Positions 52,496 through 62,792 of a stretch of 64,000 nucleotides of DNA are shown in pieces (the first letter of the stretch is position 1; each line of letters starts with the position of its first letter). The notes under the pieces were generated by a model that was not told the origin of the DNA, did no database searches, and was given only the letters and a program-made list of their open reading frames with translations. Origin of the DNA: Candidatus Thermofontivivens primus (GTDB taxonomy: Bacteria > Sysuimicrobiota > Sysuimicrobiia > Sysuimicrobiales > Thermofontiviventaceae); assembly GCA_031458695.1 (NCBI GenBank), contig JAVKJW010000008.1, positions 21,100 through 85,099 on the forward strand. The letters are read 5' to 3'. Both the position numbers and the translations under genes were made by a program.

Positions 52496-54598
52496 ATGGT
52501 ACGGATCGGTATTGACGTCGGTGGTACGTTTACAGACCTCGTGGCATTTGCGGAGGAGACGGGCGAAACGGCACTCATCAAAGTTCCCTCGACCCCTTCT
52601 GACCCGGCTCAGGGTGTCGTAGATGCGGTCCGGCGGTTCGTCCGCGGTCCTGGCCAGACCTGGAAAGTCTTCACTTCAGCAGCTTCCCTGATCCATGCCT
52701 CCACCATTGGAACCAACCTCCTCCTGGGCCAGAAAGGCCTTCGGATCCCAAAGGGCGCGCTCGTCACCACAGAGGGATTTCGGGATGTCTTAGAGATTGC
52801 CAGACAGCGCAGGCCCGATCTCTATGATCTCTTCTTCCAGCGGCCGAGGCCTCTCGTGGAGCGCCGGTATCGGTACACGGTGCGGGAGAGGATGGATGCG
52901 AACGGCGCAGTTGTGGTGCCTCTGGACGAGGAAGGGCTGCGGCGCATTGCAGAGAGGATGCGGGAGGAGAGGATCGAGACCGTTGCCGTATGCTTCCTTC
53001 ACTCTTATGCGAACCCTGCCCATGAGATGGCCGCGAAACGCATCCTCCAAGAGTTCCTCCCCGGCACCCCTGTGGTGGTTTCCTCCGAGGTGAACCCCGA
53101 GTACCGCGAATACGAGAGGGCAAGCACGACGGTGATCAACGCTCTATTGATTCCCGTCGTCTCCAGCTACCTCCAGGAGCTCCAGGGGAGGATCCAGGGA
53201 GAAGGGTTGTCTTGCCCGGTATACGTCATGCAGTCCAACGGAGGGCTGGCCACGGTTGAATCGGCGTGCCGCCTCCCTGCTGCAACCATCGAGTCCGGTC
53301 CAGCGGCCGGGGTCGTAGCTTCTGCTTACCTGGGGAGGGTCCTGGGGATCCCCTCCATCCTGAGCTTCGACATGGGCGGGACGACGGCCAAGGCCGGGGC
53401 TATTGTAGGCGGGATGCCCCAGGTAGTCACGGAGTACGAGGTCGGTGGAAGGGTTCACAGCGGCCGCATCGTGAAGGGGAGCGGATATCCCGTTCGGTTC
53501 CCCTTCATCGACCTGGCTGAAGTGAGTGCCGGGGGAGGGACCATCGCCTGGCTAGACCCGGCCGGCGGGCTCCGCTGCGGCCCTCTGAGTGCAGGCGCAG
53601 TCCCTGGACCGGCGTGCTATAACCTGGGAGGGGAAGATCCCACGGTCACCGACGCCAACCTCCTCCTTGGCAGGATCAACCCGGAGGGCCTTGTGGGAGG
53701 GGAGATGCCGATTTCACCATCGCTGGCGGAGGAGGCGCTGCGGAGGAAGATCGCCGATCCCCTGGGGTTAGATCTCGTGCAGGCTGCCTCAGGGATCCTC
53801 CAGATCGTGAACACGCAGATGGTACGCGCTCTTCGCTTGGTGTCCCTGGAACGCGGCTATGACCCCAGGTCGATGGTCCTCATGGCCTTCGGAGGAGCTG
53901 GTCCCATGCATGCCGCGTTCCTGGCGGAGGAGCTCGGCATCCCGGAGGTGATCGTACCGACCGCCCCGGGACTCTTCTCTGCCCTCGGCCTCGTGGTGAG
54001 TGATTTCAAGCACGATTACGTGCAGAGTGTGATGCGCCTCTTTGCTGAGGTAGACCTGGAAGCCCTCGAGCAGGTCTTTCTACGCCTGGAACGGGAAGCC
54101 GTACAGCAACTCCGCAAAGAAGGCCTCCCCGAAACTCAAATCCTCCTGCAACGGCAGCTCGACCTTCGCTACCTTGGGCAATCCTATGAAATCACTGTAA
54201 ACGCCCCAAGGCCGATGGGAAAGCAGGACCTGGACTTCGTGATCGAATCGTTCCATACGCGTCATAGGGAAATCTATGGCTATGCCGCGGAGAGGGAGCC
54301 AGTGGAGGTCGTGAACGCCAGGCTCACGGCCATAGGAGTTGTAGAAAAACCTGCCCTGGCAGGAGCAGGCAGCCGGGCCTCCGATCCTCCAGGAGAAGCC
54401 CAGGTAGGGGATCGTCCAGTGTACTTTGCGGGCTACGGATGGCAACCAACCCCGGTGTACTGGCGCCCTTTCCTTTCCCCCTATGGAGCATTGGAAGGGC
54501 CCGCGATCGTCGAACAGTATGACGCAACCACCGTCATTCCTCCAGGGTGGACGGCAACGCTCGACGAGGCGGGGAACCTCCGCCTGCGGCGAAAGTGA
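52496..54598 (+). CDS. Hydantoinase/oxoprolinase subunit A
   Basis: DVGGTFTD, SGPAAG, DMGGTT and SAGAVPGP motifs. Confidence 0.93.
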   Translation: MVRIGIDVGGTFTDLVAFAEETGETALIKVPSTPSDPAQGVVDAVRRFVRGPGQTWKVFTSAASLIHASTIGTNLLLGQKGLRIPKGALVTTEGFRDVLEIARQRRPDLYDLFFQRPRPLVERRYRYTVRERMDANGAVVVPLDEEGLRRIAERMREERIETVAVCFLHSYANPAHEMAAKRILQEFLPGTPVVVSSEVNPEYREYERASTTVINALLIPVVSSYLQELQGRIQGEGLSCPVYVMQSNGGLATVESACRLPAATIESGPAAGVVASAYLGRVLGIPSILSFDMGGTTAKAGAIVGGMPQVVTEYEVGGRVHSGRIVKGSGYPVRFPFIDLAEVSAGGGTIAWLDPAGGLRCGPLSAGAVPGPACYNLGGEDPTVTDANLLLGRINPEGLVGGEMPISPSLAEEALRRKIADPLGLDLVQAASGILQIVNTQMVRALRLVSLERGYDPRSMVLMAFGGAGPMHAAFLAEELGIPEVIVPTAPGLFSALGLVVSDFKHDYVQSVMRLFAEVDLEALEQVFLRLEREAVQQLRKEGLPETQILLQRQLDLRYLGQSYEITVNAPRPMGKQDLDFVIESFHTRHREIYGYAAEREPVEVVNARLTAIGVVEKPALAGAGSRASDPPGEAQVGDRPVYFAGYGWQPTPVYWRPFLSPYGALEGPAIVEQYDATTVIPPGWTATLDEAGNLRLRRK

Positions 54599-54632
54599 AA
54601 GTGGCAAAGAGAGCAACGAGAAGGTGAAAGGC

Positions 54633-56273
54633 ATGGAGGCCGATCCGGTTACAGTCGAGGTTATCCGAAATGCCCTTACCTTCGCTGCCGAGGAAATGGG
54701 TGTGGCTCTCCGCAACAGCGCGTACTCACACAATATCAAGGAGCGCATGGACCATTCCTGCGCCCTCTTTGATGCCGGGGGAAGGCTCATCGCCCAGGCA
54801 GAGCACATTCCCGTTCACCTTGGCTCGCTGCCTTGGGGGGTGAGGAACGTCCTCACCTACCTCAAGCGGGAAGGGATCCATTTGGAAGATGGCGACGTAA
54901 TCATGTTGAACGATCCACATCTCGCTGGGACCCACCTGAACGACATCACCCTCGTTACTCCGGTGTTCGCCGGCGGGAGGCTCATCGGGTACAGCGCGAA
55001 CAAGGCCCACCACGTGGATGTAGGGGGCAGAGCTCCTGGAAGCATCACCGGGGACGCTTCGGAGCTGTTCCAGGAAGGTGTGGTCATCCCGCCTGTCAAG
55101 CTCCTCCATAGGGGGGAGCTCTCGCATGATGTACTGACCATCCTCTGCAGCAACGTGAGGGCCCCGGACATTACCATGGGCGACCTGCGGGCCCAGATTG
55201 CCGCCAATAACCTCGGGGCGCGCCGGATGGTCGAGCTTGCAGGACGGTACGGGATCGAGGTCCTCGAAGCAAGCTGGGAGGAGATGATCGCCCACAGCGA
55301 GAGGCTTGCCCGTCAGGATCTCAAACGTCTTCCCGACGGCATCTATCGTGCAGAGGATTGTCTAGAGGATACTGGAATCCGCGAAGAACCTGCCTGGATC
55401 CGTGTCTCCATTGTGGTGGACCAGGGGAGGGTCCATATCGACTTCGCAGGAACGGATCCCCAAGTGGAGGCCCCTCTCAACGCCGTTTTCGGGGTTACGC
55501 TCTCTGCTGTGTACTTTGCCATCAAGTGCATCCTCGATCCCTCCATCCCCATGAACGAAGGGGTGCTGCGGGCTGTCACCGTGACCGCCCCCGAAGGCAC
55601 TCTGGTGAACCCCAGACGGCCAGCGCCTGTGGCGGGCGGTAATCTGGAAACATCCCAGCGCATTGCCGATGTGCTCTTTCGGGCCCTCGCCCAAGCGGTT
55701 CCTGATCGCATCCCTGCTGCCAGCAACGGCAGCATGAACAACGTCATGGCGGGGGGCTACGACCCTGTGCGGAAGCGGTCCTGGGTCTATTACGAAACCA
55801 TTGGTGGGGGCTCCGGCGGAAGGCCCGGCCAGGATGGCGTGGACGGGATCCATTGCAACATGACCAATACGCTCAACACGCCCATTGAGGCTATGGAGCA
55901 GTATTATCCTGTGCGGTTCGAGCGCTACGAGTTCCGGCCTAACACGGGTGGACGGGGACGGTGGAGGGGAGGGTGTGGGATCGAGCGCTCCTGGACACTC
56001 CTTGCTCCCTCTGCCAAAGTCTCCATCCTCACAGAGCGGACGAAGGTCCCACCCTGGGGGCTTGCTGGCGGTGAGCCTGGAGGGTTGGGCGAGCACTGGG
56101 TACGCAGGAAGGACGGTCGGTGGGAGCGGTTGCCCGGGAAGGGGACGTTTACCCTCACCGAGGGAGATACGCTTGTGATCAGAACTCCGGGTGGGGGCGG
56201 TTATGGGGACCCTGCGGAACGCGATCCAGCGCTGATCGAACGCGACCGCGCCAACGGGCTCGTGTCTCCATAA
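54633..56273 (+). CDS. Hydantoinase/oxoprolinase subunit B
   Basis: HIPVHLGS, GTHLND, AHHVDVGG and TPGGGGYG motifs. Confidence 0.93.
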   Translation: MEADPVTVEVIRNALTFAAEEMGVALRNSAYSHNIKERMDHSCALFDAGGRLIAQAEHIPVHLGSLPWGVRNVLTYLKREGIHLEDGDVIMLNDPHLAGTHLNDITLVTPVFAGGRLIGYSANKAHHVDVGGRAPGSITGDASELFQEGVVIPPVKLLHRGELSHDVLTILCSNVRAPDITMGDLRAQIAANNLGARRMVELAGRYGIEVLEASWEEMIAHSERLARQDLKRLPDGIYRAEDCLEDTGIREEPAWIRVSIVVDQGRVHIDFAGTDPQVEAPLNAVFGVTLSAVYFAIKCILDPSIPMNEGVLRAVTVTAPEGTLVNPRRPAPVAGGNLETSQRIADVLFRALAQAVPDRIPAASNGSMNNVMAGGYDPVRKRSWVYYETIGGGSGGRPGQDGVDGIHCNMTNTLNTPIEAMEQYYPVRFERYEFRPNTGGRGRWRGGCGIERSWTLLAPSAKVSILTERTKVPPWGLAGGEPGGLGEHWVRRKDGRWERLPGKGTFTLTEGDTLVIRTPGGGGYGDPAERDPALIERDRANGLVSP

Positions 56274-56383
56274 CACGCTTACCTCGGCTTCTCCTCGTGA
56301 AGAGGCCAATCCCCAGGACGGAGGGGGTGAGGTCTCACATGGATAGCCGGCCAAGGTCGATCACAGAAGCGTGCTGACCAGAG

Positions 56384-57145
56384 CTAGCGTCCTTTCTGTA
56401 GTTCTTGTAGGAACCGGAGGGCGTCCTCCCACATGAAGACGTTGTTGAACATCACGTAAGCATCCCGCCCTCTCACCAAGGAGGCGAGGGTGCGAAGCTC
56501 CTCCTCTGTGTACTGGTAGCGGTACCCTCCCCGTCCATGGAGGCGGAGATACCACGGCTCGCCATAGGACGGCGTTCTGAGCCGCTCGGGACCGAAGGGA
56601 TCGAGGCAATGGATCAGATCAAGCTCCCTACAGAGGCCACCAACAAGGTCCTCTGGCCATTCCCCGCGGGGTTCCCAGGCGAACCGCAAACCACCCCGAT
56701 CGACTTTTCGGAAGAACGCACGCAGATTGGCGAGATGTTCCCTGATGGGGGTGAAACTGGTGGGGCACTGGAACACCACCACGGACGCGTTTAGGGCGAT
56801 TGCAACCTCCTTCGTCCGTTGCCACGCTTCTTCGACCTCATCCGAAGGAGCAAAAAAGCCATAGGCGGCTGTCTTGGAGGATGGGATGGACACCCCTGCC
56901 TTCCTGTAAGTCGGGCTCGTGGGAGGATGGGTGATCAGCTGCCACGCCTTCAAGGTGAACTGGAAGGAAGTGGGGACGGCCCGCCGCCACCTGTGCGCCG
57001 TCTCTACCTTTGGGGGCTTGTAGAAGGTCTGCTGGACCTCCACAACGGGCAATGTGGTCGCATACTCGGAGAGCTTCTTGGGGAAGCCGCAGCAACCCAC
57101 GAGAACTGAGCTATCTTCCGGACCTTCGGATGGCGATCGCCGCAT
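56384..57145 (-). CDS. DUF72 family protein (start uncertain)
   Basis: VGCCGF, VEVQQTFY, WEPRG, YLRLHG and YVMFNN motifs. Confidence 0.85.
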   Translation of the reverse strand: MRRSPSEGPEDSSVLVGCCGFPKKLSEYATTLPVVEVQQTFYKPPKVETAHRWRRAVPTSFQFTLKAWQLITHPPTSPTYRKAGVSIPSSKTAAYGFFAPSDEVEEAWQRTKEVAIALNASVVVFQCPTSFTPIREHLANLRAFFRKVDRGGLRFAWEPRGEWPEDLVGGLCRELDLIHCLDPFGPERLRTPSYGEPWYLRLHGRGGYRYQYTEEELRTLASLVRGRDAYVMFNNVFMWEDALRFLQELQKGR

Positions 57146-57965
57146 ATCCAACCACTTCCTCACGGTCTCCAGCGGTATCTCCAGAGGTTGCATATCGCAA
57201 GAGCTCTGCTCTCTCTGCTCCTAGCAGGGAAGACGCTGTGAGCATGGCAACGACAGCGCCAGGTCCACACATCGTTACGCCTTGCCCTTCCACCACCTCC
57301 ATCAGCGCTTTCGGATTCAGGTCGAGGATTGCTTTAATCGCCAACCGGTCACGCTCCATCGCCTGGCGGTGAGGGAGGTAGTGGCTGAAATCACTGCTCG
57401 CGACGATCACTGCGTTCTTACCCGTGAGAACCCGGGCGAGATGGACCCCCAACTGCTCGCATGTGGGAAATCTCTGGTCAGCCAAAGCGATGGGAAGGAT
57501 CGCCAGCGCCCCATAGAGGTACTGCAGAAACGGAACTTGGACCTCCAGGCTGTGCTCGAAGCGGTGACCCCGCCCATCGAGGGTAACGAGCCCTTCCTTG
57601 AGAAGTTTGTCCCGGAGTTCCAGGTGGATGGGAACCTCTCCAAGGGGTGTTTGCCACGCATCCTCAGGGGCCACAGAGACGTCCGATCCTGCTCCCCTGT
57701 GGTCGGGGCCCAGGATGACCACGACATCGGGCCTCCCATCCTCTGCCAGGACCTTATAGGCCCACGCGGCCACCGGGCCAGAGTAGGGATAGCCGGCGTG
57801 GGGGCAGACGAGGCCTACGATGAACCGAGGGCCGTCCCTAACCTCCGGGGTAGACCCAGGACCAATAGGATGAGAAAAGCACTCCTCGATCTGGCGCCGG
57901 AGTCTCGAAGGATCTCCTTCGTAGAAATAGCCTGCAACAGCTGGTGGCCTCACGACGCGGCTCAT
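57111..57965 (-). CDS. MEMO1/AmmeMemoRadiSam protein B family
   Basis: RPPAVAGYFY, PHAGYPYSG, EHSLEVQ, SSDFSHY and MCG motifs. Confidence 0.92.
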   Translation of the reverse strand: MSRVVRPPAVAGYFYEGDPSRLRRQIEECFSHPIGPGSTPEVRDGPRFIVGLVCPHAGYPYSGPVAAWAYKVLAEDGRPDVVVILGPDHRGAGSDVSVAPEDAWQTPLGEVPIHLELRDKLLKEGLVTLDGRGHRFEHSLEVQVPFLQYLYGALAILPIALADQRFPTCEQLGVHLARVLTGKNAVIVASSDFSHYLPHRQAMERDRLAIKAILDLNPKALMEVVEGQGVTMCGPGAVVAMLTASSLLGAERAELLRYATSGDTAGDREEVVGYAAIAIRRSGR

Positions 57966-57982
57966 AGCAATCGACCGGGTTC

Positions 57983-58312
57983 TCAGGATGCGGGAGCCTT
58001 GAGAACCTCTTCCATCCAGCGTAGGTACTCCTCGTTTCCTCCGAGAATGGGAAGGGCAATGACCTCGGGGACCGTATAGCTGTGAAGCGATTTCACCCGC
58101 TCAACAAGGGATCCCAAGAGATCCTGGCGCGTTTTGATCACCAGCAGGATCTCCTCAGCGCGCTCTACCTCCCCTTTCCACCAGTAGATGGAGGAGAGTC
58201 CTGGGACGAGGTTTACACAAGCTGCAAGTTTTTCTTCCACAAGGGAGGAAGCTAAGCGCTCCGCTTCTTCACGGCTCCCCGAGGTTACAAGGACCACTCT
58301 GTAGGGGTTCAC
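57983..58312 (-). CDS. cutA: Divalent-cation tolerance protein CutA
   Basis: LAACVN, SIYWWKG and HSYTVPEVI motifs. Confidence 0.92.
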   Translation of the reverse strand: MNPYRVVLVTSGSREEAERLASSLVEEKLAACVNLVPGLSSIYWWKGEVERAEEILLVIKTRQDLLGSLVERVKSLHSYTVPEVIALPILGGNEEYLRWMEEVLKAPAS

Positions 58313-58378
58313 ATGGTCTCCCTGCGTTTGGCCTGCCATTCCGAGAACCTCCAAAGGAACGAGGGTAAGACTGGAGAG

Positions 58379-58906
58379 TTAACCAGAAAGTCCTTCCAGC
58401 TCGCTGGCGAACGCCCTGTATGCCTCGTCGGAGAGGACGGCGATGATGATGGTTTCCAGGCGTGACCCTTTGCGAAGATGGTCCCGGATCTCCTCAAGCA
58501 TCACCCGTGCAGCTTCCTGAAGGGGAAAACCGCCCACGCCGGTCCCTAGAGCAGGAAAAGCGACGCTCCGCAACTGCCGCTCCTCCGCTCGCAACAGGCT
58601 GTTTCGGGTGGCCAGCCGGATCTTCCCTGCATCGGTCTGGAAATCCATGGCCATTGTGGCCGCATGGATGACGTATTTGGCAGGAAGCTTGCCTGCTCCT
58701 GTCACCACAGCCTCTCCCACGGGGATAGGGCCCAGCGCAACTGCTTCCCGCTCGATCTCAGCACCGCCGCGACGCTTGATCGCCCCAGCAACCCCGCCCC
58801 CCATGAGGAGTCTTGTATTGGCCGCGTTGACGATGGCGTCAACCTCCAGGGTTGTCAGGTCCGCGCGTTCCACCTTGATGAGCGTGGTCCCGATGTACCT
58901 TTCCAT
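58379..58906 (-). CDS. Macro-domain (O-acetyl-ADP-ribose deacetylase-like) protein
   Basis: IVNAAN, GGGVAGAI and PALGTGVGG motifs. Confidence 0.92.
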   Translation of the reverse strand: MERYIGTTLIKVERADLTTLEVDAIVNAANTRLLMGGGVAGAIKRRGGAEIEREAVALGPIPVGEAVVTGAGKLPAKYVIHAATMAMDFQTDAGKIRLATRNSLLRAEERQLRSVAFPALGTGVGGFPLQEAARVMLEEIRDHLRKGSRLETIIIAVLSDEAYRAFASELEGLSG

Positions 58907-58927
58907 AGGAAACGTTGCCCAGAGTTT

Positions 58928-60139
58928 TTAGTCCTGCTCTCGCCACCAGTCGGGGGAGACATCCCTGATCTTCTTATACTGGCGAACTGTAGGCTGGGCT
59001 CCGGCACGTTCCCTCGCAACCCTCGCCCTGAGCTCCTCATACTCCCGTAGGCCCACCAGGACCCTGATGGTGTTCCATACCGCGTCCTCCAGCTGGTCCC
59101 CATTCTTGAGGAGGAGCTCGATGAGGGGGGTGATGACACGCTTGTCCTTGAGCTTACTCAGGATGCGGATCACCAGCCGCTTGACGTCGATGTCCTCGTC
59201 CTGGAGGCAGGAGAGGAGCGCATCGGTGGCTTCCTCGCCGAAGAGGCAGAAAAGGGCTTTACAGGCGAACCGCCGTACCTTCGGGTTAGTATGCTTCTGA
59301 GCTGCGGTCAACGTCTCCCACACCTTGGCGCGATCCTCGGCAGAGAATGCTTCCCGTACCCCTTTGGTCAGGAAGATCTCCTTATCGGCATAGGGGGTCT
59401 CTGCCGGTTCCTCCACACCGCGTGCCTCGAGCTTAGCCAAGGTGGTCACCACAGCCTCCTGAACCCTCGGGTCTTCGATGAACAGGCGCACCAGGGGCGC
59501 AATCACCCGGCGATCCCCGATGCTCCCAAGGACAGAGATCGCAGTCTGGCGGATATAGAGGTTCTCATCCTCCAGGACTTTGAGGAGCGGGTCGATCGCC
59601 CTGGGCCCCATTTCCACAAGGATCTTGAGGATCTGGTTCCCAATCCTCCGGCGCACCTGTCTATCTTTAAACGCTTCCATCAGGGCAGGAACCGCATCGC
59701 CCCCGATCTGAATAAGCGCCTTCATGCTTGCGGACTGGAGGGACCGCTCCCTTCGGGAGAGGACCCGGATCAACCCCTCCACCGACCCCTTATCCCGGAG
59801 CTCCCCGACGGCGGTCACAGCTTGGTGGCAGACCTGCTCGGACCGGTCAGCGAGGGCAAGCCTGAGCCCTTCAATGGCCCTCTGGCCTCCGATACGTCGC
59901 AACGCAGTTACTGCGCTCTTTCGGACGTACTCGTCGGGATCCTGGAGGGCTTCGATCAGAGGTTCGACCGCCTCCTCTCCCCCAAGTTTGCCCAGGGCAT
60001 AAGCGGCATCGCTCCGGAGGGTCACATCCGGGCTCCGCAGCTGGGCGACCAAGCGCTCAATTTCCCGCTCCCTTACAGCGTCCGCACGGGCATCCATGGT
60101 CTCTATCCTCCCTACCAAGGGATTCTCCAAATCCCTCAT
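58928..60139 (-). CDS. HEAT/PBS-lyase repeat protein
   Basis: Repeated VR..A..ALG.IG...A..PL...L.D units; GGAGG RBS. Confidence 0.85.
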   Translation of the reverse strand: MRDLENPLVGRIETMDARADAVREREIERLVAQLRSPDVTLRSDAAYALGKLGGEEAVEPLIEALQDPDEYVRKSAVTALRRIGGQRAIEGLRLALADRSEQVCHQAVTAVGELRDKGSVEGLIRVLSRRERSLQSASMKALIQIGGDAVPALMEAFKDRQVRRRIGNQILKILVEMGPRAIDPLLKVLEDENLYIRQTAISVLGSIGDRRVIAPLVRLFIEDPRVQEAVVTTLAKLEARGVEEPAETPYADKEIFLTKGVREAFSAEDRAKVWETLTAAQKHTNPKVRRFACKALFCLFGEEATDALLSCLQDEDIDVKRLVIRILSKLKDKRVITPLIELLLKNGDQLEDAVWNTIRVLVGLREYEELRARVARERAGAQPTVRQYKKIRDVSPDWWREQD

Positions 60140-60393
60140 AGATCCTCCCGGCTGGCCTTGCGTCCTTGATTCTTTTTCATGAGAAGCTATACTAATAATC
60201 AAAGCACTGCCCCGGTTGCATCCGGGAAGACCCGAGGCCGGCGTGGCAGTCGTTGCATACGCTTGACCCGTACGGCCCTGTTGTGGCCTGCGGAGCGAAA
60301 CCAAAAAGGTGGTGGAGGTGCATCCTCATCCCTGATTCCACCAAAGTACATCTCACGGTTTTGGTGGGTGCGTCAAGGGGTGAGCAAACACCG

Positions 60394-60795
60394 ATGGGAG
60401 AAGGGCAAAAGCAAGGGGAAGGGCCAAAGGAACAGAACCGGCCCCACTTTGCCCATAAAAGCGAGGAAGAGTTCGCGAGGATCCTGGATTTTTATGGCAT
60501 CCGCTGGGAATACGAGCCCCGCAGCTTTCCCCTGAAGTGGGATGAATCGGGTCGGGTGGTGGAAAGCTTTACCCCCGACTTCTACCTCCCGGATTTTGAT
60601 CTTTACATCGAGCTAACGACCCTCAAGCAGAGCCTGGTCACGAAGAAGAACCGGAAGATCCGGCAGCTCCGGAAGCTCTACCCGGAGATCCGTCTGAAGA
60701 TCTTTTATGGGAGGGACTACCGATACTTTGCCTGGAAGTACGGATTGGCCCCTGCCCGGAATTCTCGTGGGGGGAGTGATGGACTGAATGTATAG
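60394..60795 (+). CDS. Hypothetical PD-(D/E)XK-fold-like protein upstream of hpt
   Basis: SE..FA...WEYEP...FTPDFYL...YIELTT. Confidence 0.75.
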   Translation: MGEGQKQGEGPKEQNRPHFAHKSEEEFARILDFYGIRWEYEPRSFPLKWDESGRVVESFTPDFYLPDFDLYIELTTLKQSLVTKKNRKIRQLRKLYPEIRLKIFYGRDYRYFAWKYGLAPARNSRGGSDGLNV

Positions 60796-61372
60796 GAGCA
60801 TGGAGACTTCAGAGCTCCTCAAGGATATCAAAGAAATCCTCATCCCCGAGGAACAACTGCAGGCACGTGTCCGCGAGCTTGGGGAGGCGATCTCCAGGGA
60901 CTACCGGGGCCTGAACCCAATCCTCGTCAGCGTTTTGAAGGGGGCGGTGTACTTCATTGCGGACCTAACTCGAGCGATCTCCATCCCAATCACTCTAGAC
61001 TTTATGGCCATTAGCAGTTACTCTGGAGGAGGGACAGCTTCCAGCGGGGTGGTCCGCCTCCTCAAGGACCTGGATGAGCAGATTACCGAGCGCCACGTCC
61101 TCCTCGTGGAGGACATTATCGATACCGGACTGACCGCAAGCTACCTGCTGCGCCTCCTGCGCGCCCGCAACCCGGAGAGCCTTCGTATCTGCACCCTCCT
61201 CGATAAGACGAGCCGAAGGATCGTAGAGGACCTTCCCATTGTGTACCGGGGGTTTGAAATCCCCGACGTCTTCGTGGTAGGGTACGGGCTGGACTACCGA
61301 CAGCTCTACAGGAACCTCCCCTTCATCGGCATCCTCCGGGAGGAGATCTTAGAAGGAGGAGGGGTCGTCTAA
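60788..61372 (+). CDS. hpt: Hypoxanthine phosphoribosyltransferase
   Basis: VLKG, VEDIIDTG and FVVGYGLDY motifs. Confidence 0.95.
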   Translation: MYRSMETSELLKDIKEILIPEEQLQARVRELGEAISRDYRGLNPILVSVLKGAVYFIADLTRAISIPITLDFMAISSYSGGGTASSGVVRLLKDLDEQITERHVLLVEDIIDTGLTASYLLRLLRARNPESLRICTLLDKTSRRIVEDLPIVYRGFEIPDVFVVGYGLDYRQLYRNLPFIGILREEILEGGGVV

Positions 61373-61388
61373 GCCTTCCAAATCTAGC

Positions 61389-62021
61389 TCAGCGGCTGTG
61401 CCTGCGCGCTTGCACTTCAAGGCGGAAGACGAAGCGGATGATGCGCTGCCGCTCAACCTCCCGGATCCCACTGAAGGCGCACCCAACGAGCCAAGTGGAG
61501 TTTTCCGGCTTCTCCTCAATGCGCCGGATCTCTGCGGTGGTGGCGATAGGGGGACCGCCATCGGGGAGGGCGACCTGGAGGGCGAAGATGTCCCCTAACC
61601 GCAGGGGAGGCTCTTCGCCCAATATGAGGCAGACGCCTCCTCCGCTGATGTCTTTGGTATGCGCTGCCTTCCACGTATCGTCGGGACGCCACTGGACGCG
61701 GGCATCAAGGAAGACGGGGACGCGCACATAATCCCGGCGCTGGATACGTTGTACATCGCTGGATAAGCCTAGCAACCACCGGGGAGGGGAATGGTACTGT
61801 TGCAGCACTTCCCCCTCATAATAGTAGAGCCCGTTACTGCGGGAGAAGAACACCCGCACAACTTCGCCCGGGCTGATGGCTGGTACACCATCCTCCGCCA
61901 GGGGGGCAGCGATGACAATCTTCCTGTCGTCTACGGCCTCGACCTCCGTGCCATACCGCTTGCCGAGAACCTCTACGACAACCCTCTCTCCTAGACATAC
62001 TGTTGAGTTCCTGTGCACCAC
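61389..62021 (-). CDS. PilZ-domain (YcgR/flagellar-brake-like) protein
   Basis: QRRDYVR (RxxxR) and DISGGG (DxSxxG). Confidence 0.88.
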   Translation of the reverse strand: MVHRNSTVCLGERVVVEVLGKRYGTEVEAVDDRKIVIAAPLAEDGVPAISPGEVVRVFFSRSNGLYYYEGEVLQQYHSPPRWLLGLSSDVQRIQRRDYVRVPVFLDARVQWRPDDTWKAAHTKDISGGGVCLILGEEPPLRLGDIFALQVALPDGGPPIATTAEIRRIEEKPENSTWLVGCAFSGIREVERQRIIRFVFRLEVQARRHSR

Positions 62022-62100
62022 TGTCCCTCCTGGGAGCAACGATGCCGCTTCCCCTTGACACAAGGTCCTATAACTGCAAATCGGCGGGAGGAGGGAATTC

Positions 62101-62778
62101 TCAACCAGATTGGAGGGCGCTCCGCGAGGCGAGGTGGGCGACCCGGATGGGCTCGGGGATCCTGTACCCCCGACAACACCGCCAAGCGATCTCTACAGCT
62201 CCAGGGATGTCGAGGAGATGCCCGGGGGAGAGGTACACCGGCCTGGCCCCTGGCCGCGTCCGCAAGATCGCACCGATTTGCTCCCCGCCATCGAAAAGGT
62301 AGGTCCAGGCGCCGGGCTGGTCTGGTGGTTCTCCTCCACTCCCAACAAGCAAGGACTTGCCGCAACCGGCGGTGGGGCGTTCCAGGTGAAGACCAAGATG
62401 GCAAGCGATCCCAAACCTCCTGGGATGAGCGATGCCGTGACCATCTACGAGGATTGCATCCGGCTCTGTGCGAATCTTGCGGAAAGCTACCAGAAGCAGG
62501 GGGACCTCCCGGAAGGCGAGAAGGCCAGGGACGTACGGGAAGGCCAAGGTCCCTGTGGCGAGGCTGACCTCAGCGATCTCAAGACCGGGAAAGGTAAGGA
62601 CTGCCACAGCTGCAACAGCCAGATCCTTGGACCTGCTGTAGCTTACATCCGCTCCGGCGACATAGTGGAGGGAGGAAGGAGCTCTCTTGAATTTAAGCCG
62701 GGAGCGGAGAGCAAGCTGGAGCTGAACAGCCTCCGCTGGAGTGAGGTCCCACGAGTGGAGGGCGAGAACTTCCATCAT
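62101..62778 (-). CDS. nfi: Endonuclease V
   Basis: AGADVSY, PYVPGLLAFRE and DGHGIAHPRRFG motifs. Confidence 0.95.
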   Translation of the reverse strand: MMEVLALHSWDLTPAEAVQLQLALRSRLKFKRAPSSLHYVAGADVSYSRSKDLAVAAVAVLTFPGLEIAEVSLATGTLAFPYVPGLLAFREVPLLLVAFRKIRTEPDAILVDGHGIAHPRRFGIACHLGLHLERPTAGCGKSLLVGSGGEPPDQPGAWTYLFDGGEQIGAILRTRPGARPVYLSPGHLLDIPGAVEIAWRCCRGYRIPEPIRVAHLASRSALQSG

Positions 62779-62792
62779 AACCGGGCCTCTTC

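Noticed and set aside
62040..62104. Sigma28 promoter for the PilZ gene
   Set aside because: GCCGATTT is only a partial -10 match with no convincing -35
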